Positions 53,879 through 63,364 of a DNA stretch of 64,000 bases are shown here, in pieces (the stretch's first letter is position 1; every line of letters starts with the position of its first letter). This DNA comes from Candidatus Poribacteria bacterium (GTDB taxonomy: Bacteria > Poribacteria > WGA-4E > WGA-3G). Both the position numbers and the translations under genes were made by a program. The notes below the pieces were generated by a model. The model was not told where the DNA came from. It ran no database searches and worked only from the letters and a program-made list of their open reading frames with translations. The DNA lies in contig OZ244048.1 of NCBI GenBank assembly GCA_965215265.1, positions 4,320,001 through 4,384,000 of the forward strand, in the 5' to 3' direction.

Positions 53879-53921
53879 GGGCCCTTTTTTTACTCAAATC
53901 TGAAAATAGATTGGCTACAAA

Positions 53922-54011
53922 CTTTGAGAACCAATACATCAGGAGCCTCCGACGAGATTTACACACGAGCTGTCAATACCTAAGCGTTGATGGTACGGAG
54001 ATATACAAAAA
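53922..54011. repeat. Family-1 element, half copy
   Basis: ...GGAGCCTCCGACGAGATTTACACACGAG...GTTGATGGTACGGAGATATACAAAA. Confidence 0.85.
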
Positions 54012-54030
54012 TAGAATGGATTGATAGACA

Positions 54031-55083
54031 ATGAACTCAAAAATAGGAATTGGCATAATTAGTTTTGCGCACGGACATGCGAACGCCTACTGTAACCAGA
54101 TGAGAACGTTTGACGATGCGGTCCTCGTAACATGTTGGGACGATAACGTTGAACGCGGGGAGGCTGCAGCGACGCAATTCGGCATGCCTTTCTCTCCACA
54201 CCTCGAAGATGTCATAAATCATCCTGAGATTCACGGCGTTATTGTAACGTGTGAAACCAATCGGCATGCGGATATGGTTGAGGCAGCAGCATCCGCAGGG
54301 AAGCACATCCTCTGCCAAAAACCGATGGCACTGACCTTGGCTGATTGCGACAGGATTGAGGTAGCTGTACAGAAATCCGGCGTTAAGTTCATGATGGGCT
54401 ACCAGATGCGGCGCGACCCGGCGAACATTGCAATGAAGGAACTGATTGAGAGTGGAGTGTTGGGGAAAATTGGGGTGTTGCGCCGCCGACACTGTATAGA
54501 TGCGCTCTTTAGCGAAGCTTTCGTGACTGGACGCAGCCGCTGGCATATTGACCCGGAAAAGAACATGGGGATGTTCATGGACGATGCCTCCCACGCGACA
54601 GATTTCATCCATTGGATGCTCGGTAAACCGACCAGCGTTATTGCCGAGATTGATAATATCTTAACTGATGTAGCACCTGATGATACCGGGCTGGCGGTCT
54701 ATCGGTTTGAGAGCGGCGCAATGGCGATTCTACTGAATACATCCGTGACGCTGGCTGGTGAAAATACGACTGAGATTTACGGAGACGAAGGCGTTGTGAT
54801 TCAGAACTATGGCGACGGTCCTTCGTGTAATCTTCCGCGTCCAGCGGATGCTGTTGCTCTCAAGTTGTGTACGCGCGCGGAACCGTCGTGGAAAGATCTG
54901 GGGATTCCAATTCCGAAGAGTCACGGTGAGCGAATTGCGGCAGTCCCACGTCCGTTTATTGACTGTTTGAAGAACAACACGGAGCCCGATGTTACGGTAG
55001 CGGATGGGCGTGTTTCGGTAGAGATGGTTCTCGGCGCGTATCGTTCGGCACAAGCGGGGACGCGCGTTGTGTTTCCGTTGTAA
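54031..55083 (+). CDS. Gfo/Idh/MocA family oxidoreductase
   Basis: IGIISFAHGH, GKHILCQKPMA, GMFMDDASH. Confidence 0.9.
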   Translation: MNSKIGIGIISFAHGHANAYCNQMRTFDDAVLVTCWDDNVERGEAAATQFGMPFSPHLEDVINHPEIHGVIVTCETNRHADMVEAAASAGKHILCQKPMALTLADCDRIEVAVQKSGVKFMMGYQMRRDPANIAMKELIESGVLGKIGVLRRRHCIDALFSEAFVTGRSRWHIDPEKNMGMFMDDASHATDFIHWMLGKPTSVIAEIDNILTDVAPDDTGLAVYRFESGAMAILLNTSVTLAGENTTEIYGDEGVVIQNYGDGPSCNLPRPADAVALKLCTRAEPSWKDLGIPIPKSHGERIAAVPRPFIDCLKNNTEPDVTVADGRVSVEMVLGAYRSAQAGTRVVFPL

Positions 55084-55101
55084 ACCTTTAATTTGACTAT
55101 T

Positions 55102-55836
55102 TTATGGGCTGTTGCGGCGCATAATGCTGAGAATCTGTCCGGTCATGCCGGTTGCAGTGGGTTGCGCGGCAAGGAAGAGGGCAGCTGCGACAACTTGTTC
55201 TGGCTCCTTCCACGGATCGCTTTGGGCCCGGAAAGTGCCCGCGTTCTCCCACGCCGGTTTTGATAATTCTGTTTTCACGGGGCCAGGGATGAGCACATTG
55301 GCAATGATGCCATCTGTCCATACTTCTTCTGCAATTGCTTGGGTTAAGCCATGCAACGCGGCTTTAGAGGCGCAATAGATGCTGAGGTCTGCGTGTCCAA
55401 CTTGTCCCATGCCGGATCCGACGTTGATAATGTTACCACTTCCTTGCTGTTTCATAATGGGCAATGCGGCACGGCAGCAGTGCACAACGCCCATGACATT
55501 GATCTGCCAAGTCTGTTGCCACTGTTCATCTGTTGTCTCTAAAAACGTCCCGCGCGGATTGACTCCTGCGTTATTGACGAGAATGTCTATCCGTCCAAAA
55601 CGTTCAACCGTTTTCTGAATCAGATTCTCCACCTCGTCCGGAATCTGCACATCGGTTGGTACTGCAAAGGCTTCGCCAGACTTGTCTCTTATCGTGTTGA
55701 CGACCTGGGTGAGTTGGGCGTTGCTGCGTGCGGCGATGACGACGTTCGCGCCCGCTGCAGCGTAAGCGATAGCAATGGCTTTACCGATACCTCTACCGCC
55801 GCCGGTGATGATGGCAATTTTGTCTTGGAGCTGCAT
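55102..55836 (-). CDS. Short-chain dehydrogenase/reductase
   Basis: TGGGRGIG, NNAG, YCASK. Confidence 0.92.
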   Translation of the reverse strand: MQLQDKIAIITGGGRGIGKAIAIAYAAAGANVVIAARSNAQLTQVVNTIRDKSGEAFAVPTDVQIPDEVENLIQKTVERFGRIDILVNNAGVNPRGTFLETTDEQWQQTWQINVMGVVHCCRAALPIMKQQGSGNIINVGSGMGQVGHADLSIYCASKAALHGLTQAIAEEVWTDGIIANVLIPGPVKTELSKPAWENAGTFRAQSDPWKEPEQVVAAALFLAAQPTATGMTGQILSIMRRNSP

Positions 55837-55848
55837 AGATGCTTCCTT

Positions 55849-56670
55849 TTACGAATTGGAGCGGTGCCATATATTAACAAGCCGTGCTAGCTGTGCCCGG
55901 CTTGTCTTGAGTTTCCGTTCTAAGTCTTTCGCGAGTACTGTGAGGAGGTCTGTGCCGCTTTCTCGGGCGGATTCTACCTGTTGTTTGAGTTGATAGATAC
56001 GGCCTGCCTTAAGGCGATTCATCTGTAATTGCAATTCACTTGTCGCCCGGTTAAGCCGGTGCAATTCAGCTTGCAGTCGCTTGCGCTTTTCCGCTATTGC
56101 TTCCTCGCTATTTTCTGCTATATCTATCTCCCCAAGGCTTAACCGTTCTAAAGTTTGGATATCCTTTTCATGGTATGCCCGGTTAATGAGGGGCATCAAT
56201 TGCTTTCGCTGCTGCTGTTCTTCCGTATCTTCGGCCTTGTCAGGATGGTACTGCTTTGCGAGTTTACGGTAGAGGGTTTGCAGCTGCTTGGCTTTTTCGT
56301 TTGGAAGTTCTGCCTGCTGATGCGCCTGCGGTGATTCTTCTGCATCTCCGTCCTCGACGACACGGGCACGATTTGCCCGGAAACAGGATTCGACACGCTC
56401 CTCAATCTCTTCTTGACTCACTTTTTCTCGGATAAGTTGTAAACGGAGCCGATACTCTTTTGTCTCAAGTTCAACTTTATCGAGTTCAAGGTAGTAGTGC
56501 CCGATATGAGCATTATACCTTTGCTGAAAGGAGTCAACTTCAGCTTCGAGGTGTTGAACAGTCAAGGTGAGTCCCGCTACCTGTCCACGTTTTTCTTCAA
56601 TAACTTGAAGTAGACGGTAAGTCTCCTTTTCATTTGCGTTATTGATATAAACTAAGGTGTCGGGTTTCAT
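55849..56670 (-). CDS. Coiled-coil protein with an internal J-domain
   Basis: LYRKLAKQYHPD...INRAY; start taken at MKPDTL. Confidence 0.75.
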   Translation of the reverse strand: MKPDTLVYINNANEKETYRLLQVIEEKRGQVAGLTLTVQHLEAEVDSFQQRYNAHIGHYYLELDKVELETKEYRLRLQLIREKVSQEEIEERVESCFRANRARVVEDGDAEESPQAHQQAELPNEKAKQLQTLYRKLAKQYHPDKAEDTEEQQQRKQLMPLINRAYHEKDIQTLERLSLGEIDIAENSEEAIAEKRKRLQAELHRLNRATSELQLQMNRLKAGRIYQLKQQVESARESGTDLLTVLAKDLERKLKTSRAQLARLVNIWHRSNS

Positions 56671-56754
56671 AAGTCTGCTCTTCGGTTTCATACAGTGGCA
56701 AGCGTAGAGACTGCACATACTGGATTCAGCAAAGCGCATGCCACAAGCTGAAAG

Positions 56755-57120
56755 CTACTGTTTCCGATAGGTGATCCGTCCGCGTGTCAGATCGTACGGT
56801 GATAATTCCACGGTTACTTTATCGCCTGGCAGAATTTTGATAAAGAATTTACGCATTCTACCGGAAATATGGGCAAGAATCTGATGCTTATTGTCCAATT
56901 CTACACGGAACATGGCATTAGGTAAAGGTTCTACAACGACTCCTTCCACTTCAATTTTATTCTTTTGAGTGGTGGGCCGTGAACTATCTTGGCCTGGATT
57001 CTCGGTATTTTCTGTGAGGTTGCGTACCTTTTTCTTTTTCTGTGGCTTCCGTTTGGGACGGCTGGGGTTCGCGTAGCGCGTTCCCGACTTTCGCTTATTT
57101 CCTGAGGGTCTACGGTTCAC
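56755..57120 (-). CDS. infA: Translation initiation factor IF-1 with a ~50-aa basic N-terminal extension
   Basis: [35 protein letters not shown]...[21 protein letters not shown]; AAGGAG before the GTG. Confidence 0.92.
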   Translation of the reverse strand: MNRRPSGNKRKSGTRYANPSRPKRKPQKKKKVRNLTENTENPGQDSSRPTTQKNKIEVEGVVVEPLPNAMFRVELDNKHQILAHISGRMRKFFIKILPGDKVTVELSPYDLTRGRITYRKQ

Positions 57121-57138
57121 AATAATAGTTCTCCTTCT

Positions 57139-57933
57139 TTAGGATTCTCCTTCAAGACTGAAGTGTTTTCCTCTTTCATTAACAAGTTTTTTAAAATAAT
57201 CTATGGCAAATTGAAGTTGCCTCTCTGCCTCTGCATTGCTGGTATTTGTTGAAACCAGATCGACGGGCATCGCTGCTCCGTCTACATCGCGGAGTGCAAC
57301 ATAAGCTTTTAAATAGACGTTTGGGTGGCGTTCCATCACGGTTTGCATAAGTGGTGAAACCTCCGCTTCAAACATACTGACATAGACACGCGCGGTGCAA
57401 ATTTCTGCGCGATACCGTTCGGCAATTAAAGGTTGAATGTGTGTCTCAAAGATTGCCTTCATTTCTCTGGGTGGACCGGGCATTAGCATGAGAGTAGACT
57501 GTTTGTGCGTGATACGAATGCAGGGTGCCCATCCTGCGGGGTTTTGAAAGACCTCGGCTGTTTCCGGCACAGTTGCCATTTTCATCAAGGCTTCACTGAG
57601 CAATTCATTTTCTGACATCTGTCTCCGTTCCCGGAAAGCTGCGACGGTTTTCTCACTGATGACGGTTTTGCGGCCGGTAAGTTTCGCGACAACATCGACT
57701 GTCATATCGTCCGGGGTTGGTCCGAGTCCCCCTGTTGTGAGGATAAGTGCAGTTTTGCGTTCAATGGCATCCGACAAAGCCTCGTGCATTTCATCAAAAT
57801 TATCGCGAAGCATGGTGACGCGTCTTAATTCGCCGCCTTGTTGAAGAATCTGCTGGGCAATCCAATGGGCGTTAGTGTCCTGAATTTGCCCGAGTACCAA
57901 TTCTGTGCCTATTGAAAATAGTTCGATTGCCAA
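57139..57933 (-). CDS. CinA-like molybdopterin-binding domain protein
   Basis: IGTELVLGQIQDTN, TGGLGPTPDDMT, NPAGWAP, MPGPPREM. Confidence 0.85.
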   Translation of the reverse strand: MAIELFSIGTELVLGQIQDTNAHWIAQQILQQGGELRRVTMLRDNFDEMHEALSDAIERKTALILTTGGLGPTPDDMTVDVVAKLTGRKTVISEKTVAAFRERRQMSENELLSEALMKMATVPETAEVFQNPAGWAPCIRITHKQSTLMLMPGPPREMKAIFETHIQPLIAERYRAEICTARVYVSMFEAEVSPLMQTVMERHPNVYLKAYVALRDVDGAAMPVDLVSTNTSNAEAERQLQFAIDYFKKLVNERGKHFSLEGES

Positions 57934-57981
57934 TTCATCCTCCTTACCCCTTTATCCGATACGGGGCACTTGTCGTGTTTG

Positions 57982-59034
57982 CTACAAGACGTTTTTGAGA
58001 AACTCAAACGCGCCTATACCGTGGAAGCTATGCCCGGCATCAAATAATTCACAGCCCAATTTGTCGTGTGCCCCGAAACGTGTAAAGATTGCTTCCGCAC
58101 TATTCACTGCCAAACGTGTGGCTTCAATTGGGAATATCGTATCTTGTATGCCAGACTCAACAAATAGAGCCCGCGGTGCAATGAGTCCAGCAATATCGTA
58201 CATCTCTGCGTATTTTAGCACACCGGGTATATAATTGTCCATACAATGACTGAGGCTGAGGAGGCTATCCCGGAATGTATTGAAATAGCCGCTCACAACA
58301 GCAGCTTTGAAACGTTGGTCAAGCGCTGCGGCGAAGAAGGTTGTTGTACCCCCGCCGGAGATGCCCATAACACCGACGCGATTGATGTCTATCTCAGGAC
58401 GTGTGGCCAAATAGTCAATCGCACGCATGGCATCATAGACTCGCCATCCTATCATAGTCTGTCCGAGTAATAAGGCTGCACCTGCACTCGGTTGGCAGGA
58501 GGAGTGCGCAGCGCCCTTCTGCCGAGCGTTGCTATCGCGGCGATGCCCAAATCCGAACTGTTCAATCGCAAAAACAGCGTAGCCGTGTTCAACGCATTGA
58601 AGAGCAAAATCGTTCTGGTACCCGCCATATTCGGGACGCATTGAGCCATCTTCCTCTATTCCTACGATGTCGTCTACGCCCCGTCCGTGTCCTGCCAAAC
58701 AGAGTATTATTGGACTCGGTGCAGAAAAATTTCTGGGAAAAAGGAGATATCCGAACACATCCATGTCTGGGCGGCTCTGAAACTGCACCGTTTCACGGAT
58801 ATAGACAGGGAATTCGCGCGAATCCAGAACCTCCTGTCGTAAGTCGCATCTCTTCTTCGGAAAACCACCAACTAATTCGACAAGTTTTGCACGCAACTCC
58901 TGTTGCCACGCTTCTGCCTCAGCCACAGTAGTCGCCTGAAATGCTAATTGACGAGATGTCTCATCATATAATTGGTGGGAAAATGCTAAAGTATCCCTCT
59001 TCTGTTTTGTATGCATCGTTCTGTCTTCAAACAC
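57982..59034 (-). CDS. Alpha/beta hydrolase family protein
   Basis: GHG, GISGGG nucleophile elbow, IAPRAL, GH; start uncertain. Confidence 0.85.
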   Translation of the reverse strand: MFEDRTMHTKQKRDTLAFSHQLYDETSRQLAFQATTVAEAEAWQQELRAKLVELVGGFPKKRCDLRQEVLDSREFPVYIRETVQFQSRPDMDVFGYLLFPRNFSAPSPIILCLAGHGRGVDDIVGIEEDGSMRPEYGGYQNDFALQCVEHGYAVFAIEQFGFGHRRDSNARQKGAAHSSCQPSAGAALLLGQTMIGWRVYDAMRAIDYLATRPEIDINRVGVMGISGGGTTTFFAAALDQRFKAAVVSGYFNTFRDSLLSLSHCMDNYIPGVLKYAEMYDIAGLIAPRALFVESGIQDTIFPIEATRLAVNSAEAIFTRFGAHDKLGCELFDAGHSFHGIGAFEFLKNVL

Positions 59035-59049
59035 TATTCCATTTTGAGC

Positions 59050-59420
59050 TTAGTTGATGAGCTCTCTAAAAACTATTAAAATACCAATTTTTAGTATATC
59101 TCCGTACCATAAACGCTTATGCTTTGATAGTTCGTGTGTAAATCTTGGCAGGTTCGGTATGCTTTGTCTGTCCATGAGACAAGATTACCTTATCCTGCCA
59201 ATCTATAGATCGTCGGAGTTTTCCGATGTTTAGATTCATAAAGTAGGAGGATTACAATACCACATACAAGAAGCGGTCATAGTGCACCTATTACTAGACC
59301 GGCTATAATTGAAGGCAGCCAATCAATCCTAGCGTCGAAGTTAACAGCCCGGTATATCCAAGAAATGACGCAGGTCAGAATAAAGGTGAAAGCAAAACTT
59401 ATTTTGTAAACTTCCTACAT
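59050..59420 (-). pseudogene. Small membrane protein pseudogene interrupted by a composite element
   Basis: M*EVYKISFAFTFILTCVISW...IGAL*PLLVCGIVILLL [element] IGILIVFRELIN*. Confidence 0.5.
59088..59242. repeat. Family-1 half element with a nested family-2 hairpin
   Basis: Arm...GTAAATCT-TGGCAGG...CCTGCCA-ATCTATAGAT-CGTCGGAG...TTTAGATTCATAAA. Confidence 0.85.
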
Positions 59421-59447
59421 GCTCGTAAATTTCTGAAAATTGCTTTT

Positions 59448-60710
59448 TTATCTGTTCAGCAGATTCAGAACCAAACCAGTGGCCATTTTGGGATAAAAAT
59501 AGGTAGACTTCTGTGGCATTGTTTGCCCAGCCATTGCTACATCGAGCACTTGAGAGACTGGGGTAGGATTCATGAGGAGCGCGACGCGTCCTGCTTGTCC
59601 TTTAACTGATGCGACAGCCTCTGCTGCATCCACCGTGTAACTGACATACTCCGGGACTGTTTCAACGCCAAAGTGCTTGTCTATGAGGTTATCGTGAAGG
59701 AGCGTTACATCCAACCGGTCGTATTGCTTGATATCAGTATCCAATCTTGGAATTAATAAACGATAAGAATCGTCCGGGGTATACAGTCCAAATGCAGGTT
59801 GTACCCCGCGTTGTGCCGCCAGGTTTTCCATGAGTGCCGTGAGATTTTCTATTTTTTGAACGTCGAACGATTCAGGGAGCTTCGCAACAACGTGTGCTAT
59901 TTTGTGCGGACTGAGCCCTTGGATAATACGATGAATTGCGAGCACTGCCAAGCCGGGGGATTCCATTCTGACGAGGTTCATCATCATGTAGCCGTAGCCT
60001 GTTAGTTGCGGTGAGCGTGCGTGCATCTCCTGTCGGAAAGCGAGGGCAGTTTCGTAGCGATGATGTCCATCTGCAATAAGGAGCGATTTTGTGGAGAAAA
60101 GCGTTTGGATTTGGCGCGTGGCTTGTGTCATCTGCCACAATTGGTGTGTACTGCCGAATGCCTCATCTATGCTAACAATAGGCGGTGTTCCATCTGTGAA
60201 GGCTTCCATTATACGTTCAATATCGCCTTGTGTGTCAGAATAGAGGAGGAAAATAGGGCTCAAATTCGCGTGGGATGCTCGCATCAGGTTGAGCCTGTCT
60301 GCCTTGGGGGCTGCGTGTGTTTTTTCATGCGGATAGATGACCTTGTTTTCAAAAGGTTCTAATTTGACTTGTGCGATGAGGGCGCGGCGGGTATAAGTGA
60401 TACCGTCCGGGGCTGTGAAGGTTTGTTCATAGATGTAGTAGCTCGGGACCTGGTCTGGGACGAGCGTCCTGTTCGCCATCCACGTGTTCATTAGTGCAGT
60501 AGCGCGTGTGTACTGGTTATCGGTTTCGGTATCCGTTTCCCGTGGTTGGCTCAAAATCAAGCGAATAATGTTAGCAGGGTGTTGTTTCTCTAAGGCGAGC
60601 CGTTCTTGGACGTTGATAACATCATAAGGGGGTGCGATGACATCGGCGATGTCCTCTACCTTTTCCGTATTGTAGCGTAGCCCACGAAAGGGCATCACTG
60701 CTGTCTCCAT
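59448..60710 (-). CDS. DUF1015 domain-containing protein
   Basis: PFRGLRY, APPYDVI, PHEKT, IADGHHRYETA, MPQKSTYFYPK. Confidence 0.92.
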   Translation of the reverse strand: METAVMPFRGLRYNTEKVEDIADVIAPPYDVINVQERLALEKQHPANIIRLILSQPRETDTETDNQYTRATALMNTWMANRTLVPDQVPSYYIYEQTFTAPDGITYTRRALIAQVKLEPFENKVIYPHEKTHAAPKADRLNLMRASHANLSPIFLLYSDTQGDIERIMEAFTDGTPPIVSIDEAFGSTHQLWQMTQATRQIQTLFSTKSLLIADGHHRYETALAFRQEMHARSPQLTGYGYMMMNLVRMESPGLAVLAIHRIIQGLSPHKIAHVVAKLPESFDVQKIENLTALMENLAAQRGVQPAFGLYTPDDSYRLLIPRLDTDIKQYDRLDVTLLHDNLIDKHFGVETVPEYVSYTVDAAEAVASVKGQAGRVALLMNPTPVSQVLDVAMAGQTMPQKSTYFYPKMATGLVLNLLNR

Positions 60711-60753
60711 TCTTTTCCGCCTTCTCCTTTGTGGTGTTTTTCGAGATTAATTT

Positions 60754-61686
60754 CTATTTATCCCAGAGTCTTGTGCTAAAATAGCGTTCGCCTAAATCGT
60801 TAAAGACTGTAACGATAAGGCCTTCCTGAATGCGTTGAGCGACTTTATAAGCCCCGTAGAGGTAGCCTCCAGAAGATTGTCCGACGAACCAGCCCCTTCG
60901 TGCGAGCCGGCTGCACATCTCATGCGCATCTTCAATTGTAGCGTCAATTCTGCTGTCAATGATAGTTTCGTCAAGAATTTCTGGCACAATATCCTCAGGG
61001 TGTCCTAACGGTTTGAGTCCTTCGATACCGGGAAACGCCTCAGGTGAAATGGAGCAGACGTGAATATCCGCGTTATACGTTTTGAGTCGTCGTCCGACAC
61101 CGGTGATGGTCCCGCCAGTGCCGACACCTGCGACGAAGTGAGTGACTTTGCCGTTCGTCTGTTCCCAGATTTCAACGCCAGTGGTTTCATAATGTGCGCG
61201 CCAATTATTCTCATTTTCATATTGTGATTTAAAAAAATACTTATCAGGTGCAGCTTCGTAACGTCGAGTTACCTCACGGAGTGCCTCATCGTAACCGAGG
61301 ATTGCATCCGTATAAATAATTTGTGCGCCGTGCGAATGAATACGTTTTTTGCGTTCCTCACTCGCGTTATCCGGTATGACCAGCTCCACGTTGTAACCGA
61401 GTGCTGCGCCAATCATCGCATAAGCGATGCCTGCATTGCCTGAACTAGAATCTAAAATGATCTTTTCGCGTGTGAGTTCACCGGATGTAATCGCCTCGGT
61501 CAGCATCCGTAAAACCGGCCGGTCTTTGATGGAGCCTCCGGGGTTATAGGTTTCGACTTTGGCGTAGATATGAACATTGGGCAATTCGTCTGCAAAAAGA
61601 TCTATTTTGGCAAGTGGTGTGTGCCCAATTAGTTGAAGTAGTGGGTATTCTGAAAGATTCACCATCGGAATAATGCTATTGCTCAT
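60754..61686 (-). CDS. PLP-dependent cysteine synthase family protein
   Basis: IGHTPL, NPGGSIKDR, SSSGNAG, GVGTGGT, D.GERYFS. Confidence 0.92.
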   Translation of the reverse strand: MSNSIIPMVNLSEYPLLQLIGHTPLAKIDLFADELPNVHIYAKVETYNPGGSIKDRPVLRMLTEAITSGELTREKIILDSSSGNAGIAYAMIGAALGYNVELVIPDNASEERKKRIHSHGAQIIYTDAILGYDEALREVTRRYEAAPDKYFFKSQYENENNWRAHYETTGVEIWEQTNGKVTHFVAGVGTGGTITGVGRRLKTYNADIHVCSISPEAFPGIEGLKPLGHPEDIVPEILDETIIDSRIDATIEDAHEMCSRLARRGWFVGQSSGGYLYGAYKVAQRIQEGLIVTVFNDLGERYFSTRLWDK

Positions 61687-61737
61687 CTGTTTTGGATGTA
61701 CCGAACATCCGTGCTTACAATGTAGATTAAATAAACC

Positions 61738-62349
61738 TCAACGCCTCACAATTCGCTCGTGAAGCAGCCGCGTTATATAAGTCTTCGCTGCATTGCCTGT
61801 TAATTTTCCATTGAGAATATCTCTTACCTCAAATTCAGCGAGGCGGACTGTTGGATTGAGCCCATGTCGTGTAGGTAGCCAGTCCCGAAACGTGTCAAAA
61901 AAAGCCCGCTGGGCGGCTCGCCCATTCGTGTAAGGAAAGTCAGCTGTTGCCCGTCTAAACCGCGCGGGTCCCTTCGCAAGCGCTTGTACATGATATTTGC
62001 GACAAAACTGCCTATATTTTTTTAGTTCATAAGCTTGTGGTAGATGCGCCGGATAAAACCGTAAAGTCTGTTCCCGATATTTTGTGAAATGTTGCAGCTC
62101 ATCAAATTCAAAGATAAAATGATGGGGTTCTGGAAAATAGGCATCGGGAATCAGGTAACCGTCTGCTTTCGCTGTTGTGCCTTCCCAATCTCCTTTTAGT
62201 GATGTGTAAATTTCTATAATATTATCGTAAATATCGCCAAAATGCTCACGAGTGGGTTTATTGCGTAGCCATTCAAATTGTGCACGTTTTTCAGCAGCCG
62301 TTTCCAAGCTGGCTTCTACCAATGAGATAATACCTACCTCTAACCGCAT
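61738..62349 (-). CDS. Hypothetical protein, possibly PD-(D/E)xK-like nuclease fold
   Basis: PDAY...FEFDELQHF, RAAQRAFFDTFRD; fold assignment is inference. Confidence 0.55.
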   Translation of the reverse strand: MRLEVGIISLVEASLETAAEKRAQFEWLRNKPTREHFGDIYDNIIEIYTSLKGDWEGTTAKADGYLIPDAYFPEPHHFIFEFDELQHFTKYREQTLRFYPAHLPQAYELKKYRQFCRKYHVQALAKGPARFRRATADFPYTNGRAAQRAFFDTFRDWLPTRHGLNPTVRLAEFEVRDILNGKLTGNAAKTYITRLLHERIVRR

Positions 62350-62404
62350 TTGTTCAGCCTATGCGCCCATTGGGCGTGTGTTTTGCGGCACGTCCGTTTA
62401 TGCA

Positions 62405-63211
62405 TTACACTGGTGCAACGTCTAAATTTTTCAGAGACTCTTTGGTAACTGACCCAATTAAGCTCGCGAGATAGTCCCGGTCGCGTTGCAAAGCCTCCAG
62501 TTTGTTATCCCCATGTACAAACTCTACCTCTAGGTATCCATCGTATCCTACCTCTCCGAGGATATCGACGATTCGTGCATAATCGACGAGCCCGTCTGCA
62601 ATGGGGCATGCTTTTCCGTATTGATCAAAGTTTTGGGCATGGACGTTGACAATATGCGATGCGAGTTTTTGTGCGGCAGTATGGGGTTCGTCTGCATCTC
62701 CGCGCGCGAGTGGTTGATAATATGTCCGGAGCGCTGGAACATTGACACCTTCAATCGTTTCTAGGATGGTTGCGACACTGTCCGTGAAGTGGTTGTTGTG
62801 CATTTCTAAACCTAGTCTCATGTTCCGAAAATTCGCCCACTGTGCCATGCTGACTAATCGAAAGAGGATTAGGCGTTTATCTGAGGGCGCAATAGATGCA
62901 GATGCACCGCCACCAGACCAGATTCTCAAGAGAGCGGTACCTAACCCCTGCGCGATTTTAAACGCCTCTTCAAAATGTTTCTGGTAGAGATGCATCATAG
63001 GGCTAACGTAAGAACCGTATGCCGAGATGGCTAACCCCCTTTGAGCGGCGGCGTTTCTAATTTTTTCGACATGAGCCGCATCGTACTCCGCAGGCATGTG
63101 AGGTGGCTTGCCCCAAACCTCAATCCCATCAAAACCGTAATCCGCTGCGATGTCTATGACCTCTTCCAGCGGTTTTTCTTGAAAGGCGATACTGCATAAA
63201 CCCAATTTCAT
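62405..63211 (-). CDS. Sugar phosphate isomerase/epimerase (TIM barrel)
   Basis: GFDGIEVWG, LEMH, VHAQN, GYDGYLEVEF. Confidence 0.85.
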   Translation of the reverse strand: MKLGLCSIAFQEKPLEEVIDIAADYGFDGIEVWGKPPHMPAEYDAAHVEKIRNAAAQRGLAISAYGSYVSPMMHLYQKHFEEAFKIAQGLGTALLRIWSGGGASASIAPSDKRLILFRLVSMAQWANFRNMRLGLEMHNNHFTDSVATILETIEGVNVPALRTYYQPLARGDADEPHTAAQKLASHIVNVHAQNFDQYGKACPIADGLVDYARIVDILGEVGYDGYLEVEFVHGDNKLEALQRDRDYLASLIGSVTKESLKNLDVAPV

Positions 63212-63299
63212 TTGTACTCCTCGCTCCTATCTGTCTATATGAAAAGTATACCATAAGTGCAAACGGATTGCAAGAAAAATTTCCCATTTCTCTTTAGAC

Positions 63300-63328
63300 T
63301 TGACACTTGTTTGCATATCTGTTATACT
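63300..63328 (+). promoter_or_regulatory. Sigma70-type promoter for modA
   Basis: TTGACA-17 bp-TATACT with an extended TG. Confidence 0.65.
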
Positions 63329-63364
63329 TTTTGAGAAGCAAAATCAGTAGAATATTAGATAATT

